Assembly: GCA_022791775.1 (NCBI GenBank)
Contig: JAAVZT010000003.1
Coordinates: forward strand, 103,107 to 167,106
Length of the DNA: 64,000 nucleotides
Source of the DNA: Bacilli bacterium
GTDB lineage: Bacteria > Bacillota_I > Bacilli_A > RF39 > UBA660
Direction: 5' to 3'
Shown here: positions 40,366-50,192 of the stretch, one piece after another
Layout of the letters: each line of letters begins with the position of its first letter
Position numbering within the stretch: position 1 is the stretch's first letter
Program-made: the position numbers and the translations under genes
The notes under the pieces: generated by a model
What the model saw: only the letters and a program-made list of their open reading frames with translations
Database searches by the model: none
What the model was told of the DNA's origin: nothing

Positions 40366-41447
40366 TGAAATCGGCATATATTCATATTCCTTTTTGCCAT
40401 ACTATTTGTAGTTATTGTGATTTTTGTAAAATGTTTTATCAGCCAAAATGGGTTCATGATTATCTCATTTGTTTAAAAGAAGAAATCTCCGATCGTTATC
40501 AAGAAGAAGAAATTAAAACCCTTTATATCGGCGGAGGAACTCCATCTTGTCTATCCACCCAGGAATTAGAATATTTATTTCAAATCACTAACTTATTTCA
40601 AAAAAGCCCTCATATGGAATTTACAATAGAGTGCAATGTGAATGATTTAACCGAAGAAAAATTAGACCTTTTTTCCAAATATGGAATAACTCGTCTCAGT
40701 ATAGGGATTCAATCCTTCCAAGAAAAAAAACAAATTATTATGGGACGTAAGCATGATTTTGAAGAAGTCGAAAAAAAAATCAAAATGGTTCGTCAAAAGG
40801 GTTTTTCCAACCTTAATATTGATTTAATTTATGGATTTCCAAATGAAACCTTGAAAGATCTGAAAGAAGATTTAAAACTTATCTTAAAATTAAATCCAGA
40901 ACATGTAAGTACTTATGGCCTAATTTTATCAGAACATACTTTATTACACATAAATAAAGTAAATCCAATAGATGAAGAAGTAGAACTAAAATGTTATAAC
41001 GAAATATGCAAAGCCCTGAAAAAGAAAAAGTATTATCATTATGAAGTAAGTAATTTTGCGAAAAAGGGATACGAATCCTTGCATAATTTAAATTATTGGA
41101 ATAATGAAGAATACTATGGTTTCGGGCTTTCTGCTTCTGGATATATCGATTCTATCCGCTATACGAATACATTTAGTTTAACCAAATATTTTAAAAAGGA
41201 TTATGACAAAGAAAAAGAATTTTTATCAAAAAAAGATAAAATGGATTTAGAAATGATGCTAGGTTTAAGAAAAATAAAAGGAATTCATATAGGCAATTTT
41301 GAAAAAAAATATAAAATTTCACTGAAAGATACTTATCCGATTGAACCTTTATTAAAAAAGAAAGAATTAATACAAAAAAAGGGATATCTTTTTATCAATC
41401 CGTCCAAACTATATGTGATGAATGAAATACTCATTAAATTAATTTGA
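40365..41447 (+). CDS. hemW: Radical SAM heme chaperone HemW (HemN-like)
   Basis: IPFCHTICSYCDFC is the CxxxCxxC radical-SAM motif. 360 aa. One-nt overlap with the lepA stop. Located between lepA and hrcA-side genes as in Bacillus. Confidence 0.85.
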   Translation: MKSAYIHIPFCHTICSYCDFCKMFYQPKWVHDYLICLKEEISDRYQEEEIKTLYIGGGTPSCLSTQELEYLFQITNLFQKSPHMEFTIECNVNDLTEEKLDLFSKYGITRLSIGIQSFQEKKQIIMGRKHDFEEVEKKIKMVRQKGFSNLNIDLIYGFPNETLKDLKEDLKLILKLNPEHVSTYGLILSEHTLLHINKVNPIDEEVELKCYNEICKALKKKKYYHYEVSNFAKKGYESLHNLNYWNNEEYYGFGLSASGYIDSIRYTNTFSLTKYFKKDYDKEKEFLSKKDKMDLEMMLGLRKIKGIHIGNFEKKYKISLKDTYPIEPLLKKKELIQKKGYLFINPSKLYVMNEILIKLI

Positions 41448-41460
41448 ATGGAATGATAAT

Positions 41461-41991
41461 ATGGTTAAAAAATCGATCTCTATCTTTTGCTTCTTTTTTT
41501 TGTTTCTAACCACAAGTAATGCAAGTGCAGACATGACAGCTTTTGAAGTATTAAACGGGACTTTACTCGTTCCGTTTGAATCGAAAAATAATGTTTATAC
41601 CATCTTATTAAATCAAGGAGAAGATACAGTCCAATTCGATTATCAATTAGCAAGCGGTGCAACCATAGAAATAATAAATCCAAAATATGACCCCAATAAA
41701 TTAGAAAACAAAATGGAAATTATGATTACAGGAGAAAAGAAAGAAGAAAAGCAAATCTACGAATTTTATCTTGAAAAAGAAAAGCAGGCAATCCCTACAT
41801 TCAAAAGTGATCAAGACTTGGCATTTTCGCCTTCCAAAAAAGAACGTAGTCCATATTTAATACCAGCCATTCTAATATCCTATATTTTTATAATATCGAT
41901 ATTATTTTATTTTTTAATTATTCGTTTTTGGAAGTCAAAAACGTTATCAAAGAGAGGAATGAGAAAAAATCACCTACATAAAATGAAGTAG
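41461..41991 (+). CDS. Hypothetical secreted/membrane-anchored protein
   Basis: N-terminal signal peptide (FCFFFLFLTTSNASA) and a C-terminal TM anchor. 176 aa. Confidence 0.45.
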   Translation: MVKKSISIFCFFFLFLTTSNASADMTAFEVLNGTLLVPFESKNNVYTILLNQGEDTVQFDYQLASGATIEIINPKYDPNKLENKMEIMITGEKKEEKQIYEFYLEKEKQAIPTFKSDQDLAFSPSKKERSPYLIPAILISYIFIISILFYFLIIRFWKSKTLSKRGMRKNHLHKMK

Positions 41992-42000
41992 GTGATTTTT

Positions 42001-42612
42001 TTGAAACAAATTGCACATCGAGGATTAGTTACAAACAAAAAGGAAGAAAATACTATAAAATCCTTTCTTCAAGCCATAAAAAGTCCCGATTATGTTGGGT
42101 TTGAATGTGATGTACGTACTAGTAAAGATGGAATTTTTGTCATTCATCATGATTTATTTATTGAAGGAAATTTAGTGCGATTTTTAACATATCAGGAATT
42201 AAAAAAATATCATCTTCCCAAATTAGAAGACGTTTTAAAACTAAAAACAAATAAAATAAAATTAATTGAAGTAAAAGAAGCCAATTTAAACATCGATGAA
42301 TTTGCTAATTTAATAAAAAAATATCCCCAAAATAATGTATATATTATGTCATTTGATAATCAAGTCATTCAAAAATTAAAAAAGAAAGAATTAAAAGTTA
42401 AATTAGGGGTTTTAAATTATGTACTTAATAGTGAAAATTCCTATGAAGAATACGATTTTATAGGAATTTTATCGGGTGTAATGTCAGAAGAACTATATGA
42501 ATATTTTACTGCAAATAATATAGAAATCATGATTTATGGAATTTTAAACAAAAAGAAACTCGGTTTTTATGAAAATGTCTACTATATTGTCGATGCCAAA
42601 AAAAAGACGTGA
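42001..42612 (+). CDS. Glycerophosphodiester phosphodiesterase (GDPD) family protein
   Basis: IAHRG ... FECDVRTSKDGIFVIHHD is the GDPD catalytic core (HR...E.D...DG...HD). The start is TTG 42001 (or GTG 41992) after the RBS TAGGTGA. Confidence 0.7.
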   Translation: MKQIAHRGLVTNKKEENTIKSFLQAIKSPDYVGFECDVRTSKDGIFVIHHDLFIEGNLVRFLTYQELKKYHLPKLEDVLKLKTNKIKLIEVKEANLNIDEFANLIKKYPQNNVYIMSFDNQVIQKLKKKELKVKLGVLNYVLNSENSYEEYDFIGILSGVMSEELYEYFTANNIEIMIYGILNKKKLGFYENVYYIVDAKKKT

Positions 42613-42653
42613 CGAAAAAAAATGTTATGGTATAATACTGTTAACAATAGGAG

Positions 42654-44945
42654 TTGAGTCAAGTGGAAAGAGAAGATTTGGAAAATACAAAAGAAATTCA
42701 GAATTTAGATGAATTACGAGAAAAAGCAATTGACACATTAGAATTGGAATTCTTAGAAGTTTTAGATGAAAACAGGGAAGCGAGTACAGAGGAATTTATA
42801 AAAGAAGTAGAAGAACGAAACGAAGAACTTGTACAAGACGAAAAACCAAAAGAAGAACTTCAAGAAACGAAAAAGAAATCAGCCTGGAAAGAAAAAATCG
42901 TTGTGTGGAAAGAAAAATGGCAGAATTTACCCAAGCAAAAAAAAGCCCTCATTTTAATTGGAATTCTAATCTTATGTATTTTAATCGGCTTAGGAATATA
43001 CTTTTTAATTCCTGAAAAAGAAGAAAAGAAAGAAGAAAAAGGACCAGATATTATCGTTAATTTAGATAATTATCGTTATCAAAATGGAACACTCATCTTT
43101 TTAAACTCAAATAAAAAGGAAATTGGTCAATATGAATGTCAAAATAAAGATCAAGAACTTTGCTACGTTGCCTATTATAGTAATGAAGATAATTTTGACG
43201 AAGAGCATAACCTTTATGAAGATGGCACCAAGATTCCAAGAAGAAGTAATATTTTCTTAGATCGATATGTTTTTATTAGTGATAATAAATCAAAAGAAGA
43301 AGAGCTTCTAAGTCTTTATGATATAGAAGAAGCCAATATAATAGATCAGTATTTACTTGTGAAAGGTTATCAAAATTTAGAAAATCAAGTCATTTTAAAA
43401 GATAGTCAAAATAAATATGGATTATATCGTTTTACCCTAGAAGGGTTGACAAAAGGAATCGATTTTCAATATGAATATTTAGGTGTTATGGAATCCAAAG
43501 AAAGCCCAAATCGCCTTATCAGTAAAAACAACAACAAGTGGCAATTATTAGACTTCGATAATAAGACTGTTTCAAAAGCATTTTCAAATGAGATAAAGAA
43601 TTACAACGATCATCACATTACAATAAAAGATAATGAAAATCATTATCATGTAGTAGATTATAATAATAATGAACTAAATGAAGGAAATTATGAATATATC
43701 GAATTATTGGACAACTATATTTTATTCATTGAAAATCAAACTCTTTTTGTAAAAGATTATGAAAATAATAAAATGAATTTAGAAGGAATTTCTCTTGCTA
43801 GTAGAGATTATATTCCAACGTTAATCTATACAAAAGAAAATAAATTATTGGAAACAAAAAAAAGTTTTGAAACTTCCTTTCAAGGGGCATGGATGAATAT
43901 AGATATTTATAACGAAAATCAAAAAGAAACAAAACAGCTTAATATTCAAGAAGGACGTATTTCTAAAGATCTTGTTAACATGGATTATTTTGATGGAACA
44001 TTATACTTTTATAAAGATCAAGAAAAAAAAGAATTATTAGGAAATTATACATGTAAAAATAAAAATCAAATCGAGGAAAATACAAGTGAATTGAACAATT
44101 GTAAAATAGCGACTGAATCTTTCTATCAAGACAATGAATTAGAAGCAAGTAAAAAAGATCGTCTTGGAACTTTACCAATTTATAACGAAAGATATATTTT
44201 TATAACAGATAATTTAGACAAAAATACCAACATTATTTTATATGATTTAAAAGAGAAGAAGGAACTATCAAAATACCGAAGTGTAGATGCTGGAGCGTAC
44301 ACTAATACCACAAATTTAACGCTTGTGACCACTAGCAATACACCAATAATGGCGGAAAATACCAACGGAAAATATGGAATTTTTAAAATTAGCTACGATA
44401 AAGTGGAAGGAATAGATGGCTTAGGATTTCAGTTTGATCACGTTGAACGAATTGGGTTTCATTACTTAGTTCAAGACCAAAGTGGTTATCGTTTAATAAA
44501 TCATGAAGGGAAAAATCCATCAGGTTCTGTCACCAATAAAATTGTAAAATATAATGATAAATATATGGTTACCGCAAAAGATAATCAATATTATCTGTAT
44601 CATTTTGATGGAAGCGTAATCGATAATCGCGGTTATCAATATATCGAATTGTATGATGATTACTATGCTTGCGTTCAAAATACTAACTTAAAATTATATG
44701 CTTACAACGATTCCGAATATGATTATTTCCAAAAAGAAAATTTTACCCTAAAACGAACCAATTATTCAGGAAGTGGAACTTTAGCTTTTCGTATCATAAT
44801 CAATCAAAAAAAGGCTACCGTAGAAATAGGATTACCAAATGATTCTTATGATTCAAAAAAAATCGTACTATTAGAAAAAACAATTACTCCACCAATAGAC
44901 GATTCTGATGATGAAAGAAAGGAAACATCGAGTGATGAAGAATAA
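42654..44945 (+). CDS. Large membrane-anchored protein with an acidic N-terminus, one TM and repeated beta-rich extracellular modules
   Basis: 763 aa. TM is ALILIGILILCILIGLGIYFLI. Internal repeats (…GTLIFLNSNKKEIGQYECQNKDQELCY… and …GTLYFYKDQEKKELLGNYTCKNKNQ…) and xKYG(L/I)(Y/F)(R/K) modules resemble WG-type beta repeats. The start may be the GTG at 42663. Confidence 0.5.
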   Translation: MSQVEREDLENTKEIQNLDELREKAIDTLELEFLEVLDENREASTEEFIKEVEERNEELVQDEKPKEELQETKKKSAWKEKIVVWKEKWQNLPKQKKALILIGILILCILIGLGIYFLIPEKEEKKEEKGPDIIVNLDNYRYQNGTLIFLNSNKKEIGQYECQNKDQELCYVAYYSNEDNFDEEHNLYEDGTKIPRRSNIFLDRYVFISDNKSKEEELLSLYDIEEANIIDQYLLVKGYQNLENQVILKDSQNKYGLYRFTLEGLTKGIDFQYEYLGVMESKESPNRLISKNNNKWQLLDFDNKTVSKAFSNEIKNYNDHHITIKDNENHYHVVDYNNNELNEGNYEYIELLDNYILFIENQTLFVKDYENNKMNLEGISLASRDYIPTLIYTKENKLLETKKSFETSFQGAWMNIDIYNENQKETKQLNIQEGRISKDLVNMDYFDGTLYFYKDQEKKELLGNYTCKNKNQIEENTSELNNCKIATESFYQDNELEASKKDRLGTLPIYNERYIFITDNLDKNTNIILYDLKEKKELSKYRSVDAGAYTNTTNLTLVTTSNTPIMAENTNGKYGIFKISYDKVEGIDGLGFQFDHVERIGFHYLVQDQSGYRLINHEGKNPSGSVTNKIVKYNDKYMVTAKDNQYYLYHFDGSVIDNRGYQYIELYDDYYACVQNTNLKLYAYNDSEYDYFQKENFTLKRTNYSGSGTLAFRIIINQKKATVEIGLPNDSYDSKKIVLLEKTITPPIDDSDDERKETSSDEE

Positions 44946-45912
44946 TCAAAAAAAGGGAGTATTTATTACCATTATCGTGTTATTAATTATTTTTCTCCCT
45001 TTATCCGTTTGTTCTTTTGTTCTTCACTTGATGAATGAAAATAAGCCAAAAGAAAAAATATTAAATAATCCAACAAAACAATTTCAATTTAATAATAGTT
45101 TATATTTTTATTCTTCGCTTGGAAATTTGTTGCGCATTTATGAGTGCCAAAATCCAACAGGATTATGCGATTATGCTACAAGTAAGACAAATGATCAAAA
45201 GTATGCTCTTGATTATTATCAACAAGACGAACCCCAAAAGATTGAATTAATTAAAGAGCGTTATGCGTTTTTGGTTGATGCCGAAACAGAAGAAAATGCC
45301 AAACCTTTTCTATATGATGTAACAACGGATCATAAATATACCAGTTATGCTTCTGTGAAAAACTATGGAATAGGGATAGAAAATGATTTATTTATTGTCG
45401 AAAATGAAACAGGAAAATTTGGATTATTAAGCTTAAAAGAGAATCCGACCTTAAAAATAAAATTTGAATATGACTTTTTAGGACTTGCCAATTTTAAAAA
45501 CGATGATGAAGAAAAATTAATGAGCGATTTCTTTGTTGGATTAAAAGATAATGCTTGGTTTTTATTAGATATGAATGGTGCAGTATTAACCGAAGCCATT
45601 ACTTCAGAAATTGTTTCTTTCAATGGAAAAAATATTATTGTAAAAACAAAAGATGGATATTATTTAACCGATTATCAAAATAATATGGTTTTATCAAATG
45701 GACCTTTTCAAAATTTATTTTTTACAGGGAAATATTTAAATATATTGGAAAAAGATAATCAATTTTATATTTATGATATTACGTCTTCTTCCATAATATC
45801 TAAGACCATAACCGTTCTTCCAAATGACAAAATAACTTCAAAAATAAACGAAAATGGGAACTTGGATATCATTGTAAATCAGAAGATAGTAGATACCATT
45901 GCACTTTCCTAA
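44935..45912 (+). CDS. Paralogous membrane-anchored repeat protein (same module type as the upstream gene)
   Basis: N-terminal TM, then LYFYSSLGNLLRIYECQNPTGLCDY and GKFGLLSL/KFEYDFLG modules that parallel the 763-aa protein. ATG 44935 overlaps the upstream stop. Confidence 0.5.
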   Translation: MKNNQKKGVFITIIVLLIIFLPLSVCSFVLHLMNENKPKEKILNNPTKQFQFNNSLYFYSSLGNLLRIYECQNPTGLCDYATSKTNDQKYALDYYQQDEPQKIELIKERYAFLVDAETEENAKPFLYDVTTDHKYTSYASVKNYGIGIENDLFIVENETGKFGLLSLKENPTLKIKFEYDFLGLANFKNDDEEKLMSDFFVGLKDNAWFLLDMNGAVLTEAITSEIVSFNGKNIIVKTKDGYYLTDYQNNMVLSNGPFQNLFFTGKYLNILEKDNQFYIYDITSSSIISKTITVLPNDKITSKINENGNLDIIVNQKIVDTIALS

Positions 45913-45959
45913 ATAATTTAGTAAAATAAAAACAAGTTTGCAAAGAACTAGAGGAGTAA

Positions 45960-46125
45960 AAAGAAATACATTATAAGAGAATTTGTGGCTGGTGAAAACA
46001 AATATGTATGATTTTGAAGGTTGCTAGGGAGCAAAAAAACGCAGAATTCTGCGATATCAAAAAGAGAAACAAGAAAGGTGGTACCACGGGTTCACTCGTC
46101 CTTCGGCATCATCTTTTTTTGTTGG
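45960..46125 (+). promoter_or_regulatory. T-box riboswitch leader upstream of valS
   Basis: AAAGGTGGTACCACGGG at ~46074-46090 matches the T-box consensus AGGGTGGNACCGCG. A U-run follows (CATCATCTTTTTTTG). A palindrome GCAGAATTCTGC sits at 46041-46052. The downstream gene is an aminoacyl-tRNA synthetase. Confidence 0.55.
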
Positions 46126-46165
46126 AACAAAAGAAATCGAAACGTATTTAGAAAGAAGGAATATT

Positions 46166-48676
46166 ATGTTAGAACCAAAATATAATCATTTAAAAATTGA
46201 AAACGGAAAATATGAAAACTGGAAACGGAAAGGTTTATTTGCAAGTGGAGATAAAGATAAAAAACCATATACGATCGTTATTCCACCTCCTAATGTAACA
46301 GGCCGTTTGCATCTAGGACATGCTTGGGATACCACTTTGCAAGATATCATTATTCGATATAAAAGAATGTGTGGATTTGATGCTCTATGGATACCAGGAA
46401 TGGATCACGCTGGCATATCCACCCAAGCCAAAGTAGATAAGAAGTTGAAAGAAGAAGGAGTTAATCCACGTAGTTTATCAAGAGAAGAATGGACAAAAAA
46501 AGCGTGGGAATGGAAAGAAGAATACGCCAATATTATTTATGACCAATGGGGGAAATTAGGCCTATCTTTAGATTATCAAAAAGAAAGATTTACATTAGAC
46601 GAAGGATTATCTAAAGCTGTTCGAAAAGTATTTGTTGACCTTTATAACGAAGGACTCATTTATCGAGGAGAGAGAATCATCAATTGGGATCCAGTTGCCA
46701 TGACAGCTTTATCAAACGAAGAAGTAATTTATAAGGATGTGGAAGGTGCTTTTTATCATATAAAATATTACTTAAAAGAGAAAGATAAATATCTTGAAAT
46801 TGCTACCACTCGTCCTGAAACGTTGTTTGGAGATACTGCTATTGCTGTTAATCCAAATGATGAACGCTATAAAGAATTTATTGGTCAAAAAGTGATTTTG
46901 CCTCTAGTAAATAGAGAAATTCCCGTAATAGGAGATCTTCATGCCGATCCAAAATTTGGAACAGGAGTCGTAAAAATTACACCAGCTCATGATCCAAATG
47001 ATTATGAAGTTGGATTACGTCATAATTTACCTCGAATTATTGTAATGAATCTAGATGGTACAATGAATGAAAATGCCAATGAGTATCAAGGTTTAGATCG
47101 TTTTCAATGTCGAAAAAAAGTAGTAGAAGACTTAAAAAAACAAAATTTACTTATTAAAATTGAAAAAATGATTCATAATGTAGGGCATTCTGAACGAACA
47201 GATTGTCAAGTAGAGCCCTTTCTGTCAAAACAATGGTTTGTTAAAATGCGTCCTTTAGCTGATGCAGTTTTAAAAAATCAAAAAGACAAAACGAACAAAG
47301 TTCACTTTTTACCAGAACGCTATGAAAAAATTATGAATCACTGGATGGAAATTACATATGATTGGTGTATCTCAAGACAACTTTGGTGGGGACATCGTAT
47401 ACCTGCTTGGTATAAAAATAACGAAATATATGTTGGTATGACCCCTCCCAAGGAAGATGGTTGGATTCAAGAAGAAGATGTACTAGATACTTGGTTTAGT
47501 AGTGCCTTATGGCCGTTTAGTACCCTTGGATGGCCAGAAAAAACCGAAGACTTTAACCGCTATTATCCAACAAATATATTGGTAACAGGTTATGATATTA
47601 TTCCGTTTTGGGTAAATCGGATGACGTTTCAAGGGCTTCATTTTACAGGAAAAAGACCATTTGAATATTGCATGATTCATGGCTTAATACGCGACAGCGA
47701 AGGAAGAAAGATGAGTAAATCGCTCGGAAATGGTGTAGATCCGATGGATGTCATTAAAAAATATGGAGCAGATGCCTTAAGATATTACTTAGCTACTTCA
47801 ACCGCTTTAGGTACTGATTTACGTTATGAAGAAGAAAAAGTAAAATCTACTTGGAATTTCATCAATAAAATATGGAATGCTTCTCGTTTTGTATTAATGA
47901 ATACAGATCATCAAAATGTCATCCAACCAAAAGAGCTAAATCATTCTGATAAATGGATTTTAACTCGTTATGAAAATACCATAAAAAACGTTCAAAAATT
48001 TATGGATCGCTACGAATTTCAAAATGTAGGAACTTTATTATATAACTTTATTTGGAATGATTTTTGCGATTCTTATATCGAAATGGCAAAATATTCCATT
48101 CAAAGTGAGAACACCAAAGCCACATTATCATTTATCATAAAAGGTATATTAAAAATGCTCCATCCATTTATGCCATTTGTAACGGATGAAATTTACAATG
48201 AAATTACTGGAGAAGAAATTACAATCAGTGATTACCCAACTTACGAAAAAAGATTTATTTTTAAGGAAGAAGAACAAGAAGGAAATAATTTGTTAGAATT
48301 TGTAAAGACATTTCGAAATATAAAACAAGAAAATAATATTGGAAAAGATTATCAAGTTTATTTCGAAACCTCTATTCCAAATATAGCCTTACAATTATTA
48401 AAATTAGAAGAAAAAATCATAACAAATCCCATCAAAATGTCATCTTACCCAGTTACTAGTAAGCCTTATAAAGCCATTATCTTCTATGAAAAAGAAGAAA
48501 CAATCGAAGATAAAGAATTAAAACAAAAGCAAATAAAGATTCTACAAGCCAGCATTGAAAGACGAACAAAGTTGCTAGCCAATAAAAACTATATTCAAAA
48601 AGCTCCCACTCATTTAGTAGAAGAAGAAAAACAAAAATTAAAAGAAGAGCAAGAAAAATTGGTAAATTTATTATAA
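46166..48676 (+). CDS. valS: Valine--tRNA ligase
   Basis: HIGH motif (PPPNVTGRLHLGHAW), KMSKS, and a C-terminal coiled-coil. 836 aa. Confidence 0.95.
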   Translation: MLEPKYNHLKIENGKYENWKRKGLFASGDKDKKPYTIVIPPPNVTGRLHLGHAWDTTLQDIIIRYKRMCGFDALWIPGMDHAGISTQAKVDKKLKEEGVNPRSLSREEWTKKAWEWKEEYANIIYDQWGKLGLSLDYQKERFTLDEGLSKAVRKVFVDLYNEGLIYRGERIINWDPVAMTALSNEEVIYKDVEGAFYHIKYYLKEKDKYLEIATTRPETLFGDTAIAVNPNDERYKEFIGQKVILPLVNREIPVIGDLHADPKFGTGVVKITPAHDPNDYEVGLRHNLPRIIVMNLDGTMNENANEYQGLDRFQCRKKVVEDLKKQNLLIKIEKMIHNVGHSERTDCQVEPFLSKQWFVKMRPLADAVLKNQKDKTNKVHFLPERYEKIMNHWMEITYDWCISRQLWWGHRIPAWYKNNEIYVGMTPPKEDGWIQEEDVLDTWFSSALWPFSTLGWPEKTEDFNRYYPTNILVTGYDIIPFWVNRMTFQGLHFTGKRPFEYCMIHGLIRDSEGRKMSKSLGNGVDPMDVIKKYGADALRYYLATSTALGTDLRYEEEKVKSTWNFINKIWNASRFVLMNTDHQNVIQPKELNHSDKWILTRYENTIKNVQKFMDRYEFQNVGTLLYNFIWNDFCDSYIEMAKYSIQSENTKATLSFIIKGILKMLHPFMPFVTDEIYNEITGEEITISDYPTYEKRFIFKEEEQEGNNLLEFVKTFRNIKQENNIGKDYQVYFETSIPNIALQLLKLEEKIITNPIKMSSYPVTSKPYKAIIFYEKEETIEDKELKQKQIKILQASIERRTKLLANKNYIQKAPTHLVEEEKQKLKEEQEKLVNLL

Positions 48677-48795
48677 GCTAAGAGATCTTATATTATTTGA
48701 GAGAATTTGAGACATAGAAATATGTCTTTTTCTTATTAAGAAAATTTACTTGACTATATAAAACATTATAATTTTAATGATATTTATACAAATTA

Positions 48796-48847
48796 TGGTA
48801 TAATTATAGTCACAATAGTTACATCATAGAAAATAGGATTCTATGAT
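48796..48847 (+). promoter_or_regulatory. Extended -10 promoter (TGGTATAAT, 48796-48804) followed by a 9-bp-arm inverted repeat ATCATAGAA-N7-TTCTATGAT (48823-48847), a putative operator
   Basis: Directly visible. The IR lies between the -10 element and the RBS GGTGAGGAG of the first SipW-cognate-like gene. Confidence 0.45.
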
Positions 48848-48863
48848 AAGGTGAGGAGTGTAT

Positions 48864-49439
48864 ATGGAGAAGAAAAGACAAAATAAAATTCTTGCGATTG
48901 TAGCCATTTGTATTGCTTTATTGGGTATGGGATTCTCCTATGCAAGTATGAGTACTAAGCTAGACATTAAAGGTTTCGCTACCATAAGCAGTGCTAATTG
49001 GGATGTTCATTTTGAAAATCTATCCCATGCCACTTTAATTGGCCAGGCAATTGAAAAAAAACATCCTACCATCACAGATAATTCAACATCGATTAGTACC
49101 TATGATGTGATGTTTCAAGCCGCAAAAGATGGAATTAGTTATGATATCGAAATTGTCAATGGTGGAGGAATCGATGCCAAAATCACATCTTTAAACATAT
49201 CAAAACCAATTTGCAAAGGCAGTGGAATTTCATCAAGTAACGATGAACAGTTAGTTTGCAATAATTTGCAATATACGATCAAATACTTAGATGGTACTCC
49301 GTTAAAAATTGGCGATATTTTAAAAAAAGGTACAACTACTTATGCTAGATTAAAGCTGGTTTATGAGGGGAGTGATTTACCTTTCGAAGAAGTAAGAATT
49401 AACGATTTAGGAATCACCATTCTATATTCCCAAAATTAA
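48864..49439 (+). CDS. Small secreted protein A with a SipW-cognate-like signal peptide (putative fibre/pilin-like subunit)
   Basis: ~191 aa from ATG 48864. N-terminus is KKRQNK + hydrophobic + GMGFSYASMST, then SANWDVHFENLS. C-terminus is ...DLGITILYSQN. Paralog of the next gene. Confidence 0.55.
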   Translation: MEKKRQNKILAIVAICIALLGMGFSYASMSTKLDIKGFATISSANWDVHFENLSHATLIGQAIEKKHPTITDNSTSISTYDVMFQAAKDGISYDIEIVNGGGIDAKITSLNISKPICKGSGISSSNDEQLVCNNLQYTIKYLDGTPLKIGDILKKGTTTYARLKLVYEGSDLPFEEVRINDLGITILYSQN

Positions 49440-49491
49440 AAGTGGGAAAAGAAGTGATTAATAAATAGATTAAAAAATAGGAGGAAATTGT

Positions 49492-50079
49492 ATGGAAAAA
49501 GAAAGAAAAACAAAATTTTTAGCTATTTTAGCTATCTGTATTGCGGTGGTTGGATTAACGGTTGGATTTGCAGCTTTTAGCTCAGCTTTAACAATTAATG
49601 GGACAAGTACCATAAAATCATCTAGTTGGCAAGTAAGATTTGAAAACTTATCTGCTGTAACAAAAACGGGGACAGCAACAGAGGTAAGCGCTCCAACTGT
49701 TAATACAAATGATACCAATATTGGAGATTATGACGTTACACTAACAACCCCAGGAGATTCAATCAGTTATACATTTGATGTTGCAAATAATGGTACATTT
49801 GATGCTGAAGTGACCACTATTACAATTCCAACGCCAACTTGCACAGGGAACGGTGCCAATGCAGAAATCGATGCCAAAAACGTATGTGATAACTTAAATT
49901 ATACCTTGACTTATGAAGATGGAACCGCAATTACTGCTACTGACGCTATTTTAGCAGGTCAAAGAAAAAGATTAAAATTAACACTTACTTATAGTAATAC
50001 GGTTACTGCTGAAAAGTTAGCTAGTGATGATGTGGCTATTAGCAATTTAGGAATTACAATTCTTTACTCTCAAAAGTAA
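49492..50079 (+). CDS. Small secreted protein B with a SipW-cognate-like signal peptide (paralog of A)
   Basis: 195 aa. N-terminus is KERKTK + hydrophobic + VGFAAFSSALT, then SSSWQVRFENLS. C-terminus is ...SNLGITILYSQK. Thr/Ala-rich. Confidence 0.55.
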   Translation: MEKERKTKFLAILAICIAVVGLTVGFAAFSSALTINGTSTIKSSSWQVRFENLSAVTKTGTATEVSAPTVNTNDTNIGDYDVTLTTPGDSISYTFDVANNGTFDAEVTTITIPTPTCTGNGANAEIDAKNVCDNLNYTLTYEDGTAITATDAILAGQRKRLKLTLTYSNTVTAEKLASDDVAISNLGITILYSQK

Positions 50080-50192
50080 TAAAATTCTTAAAAATTAAAA
50101 ATATAGAAAAGTGCAATCTAATTTCTTCTCGATGGCATTAATGGTTGTACTTTACTATATTTATTAGAAAAATGTTTAAAAGAAGGTGAAAC

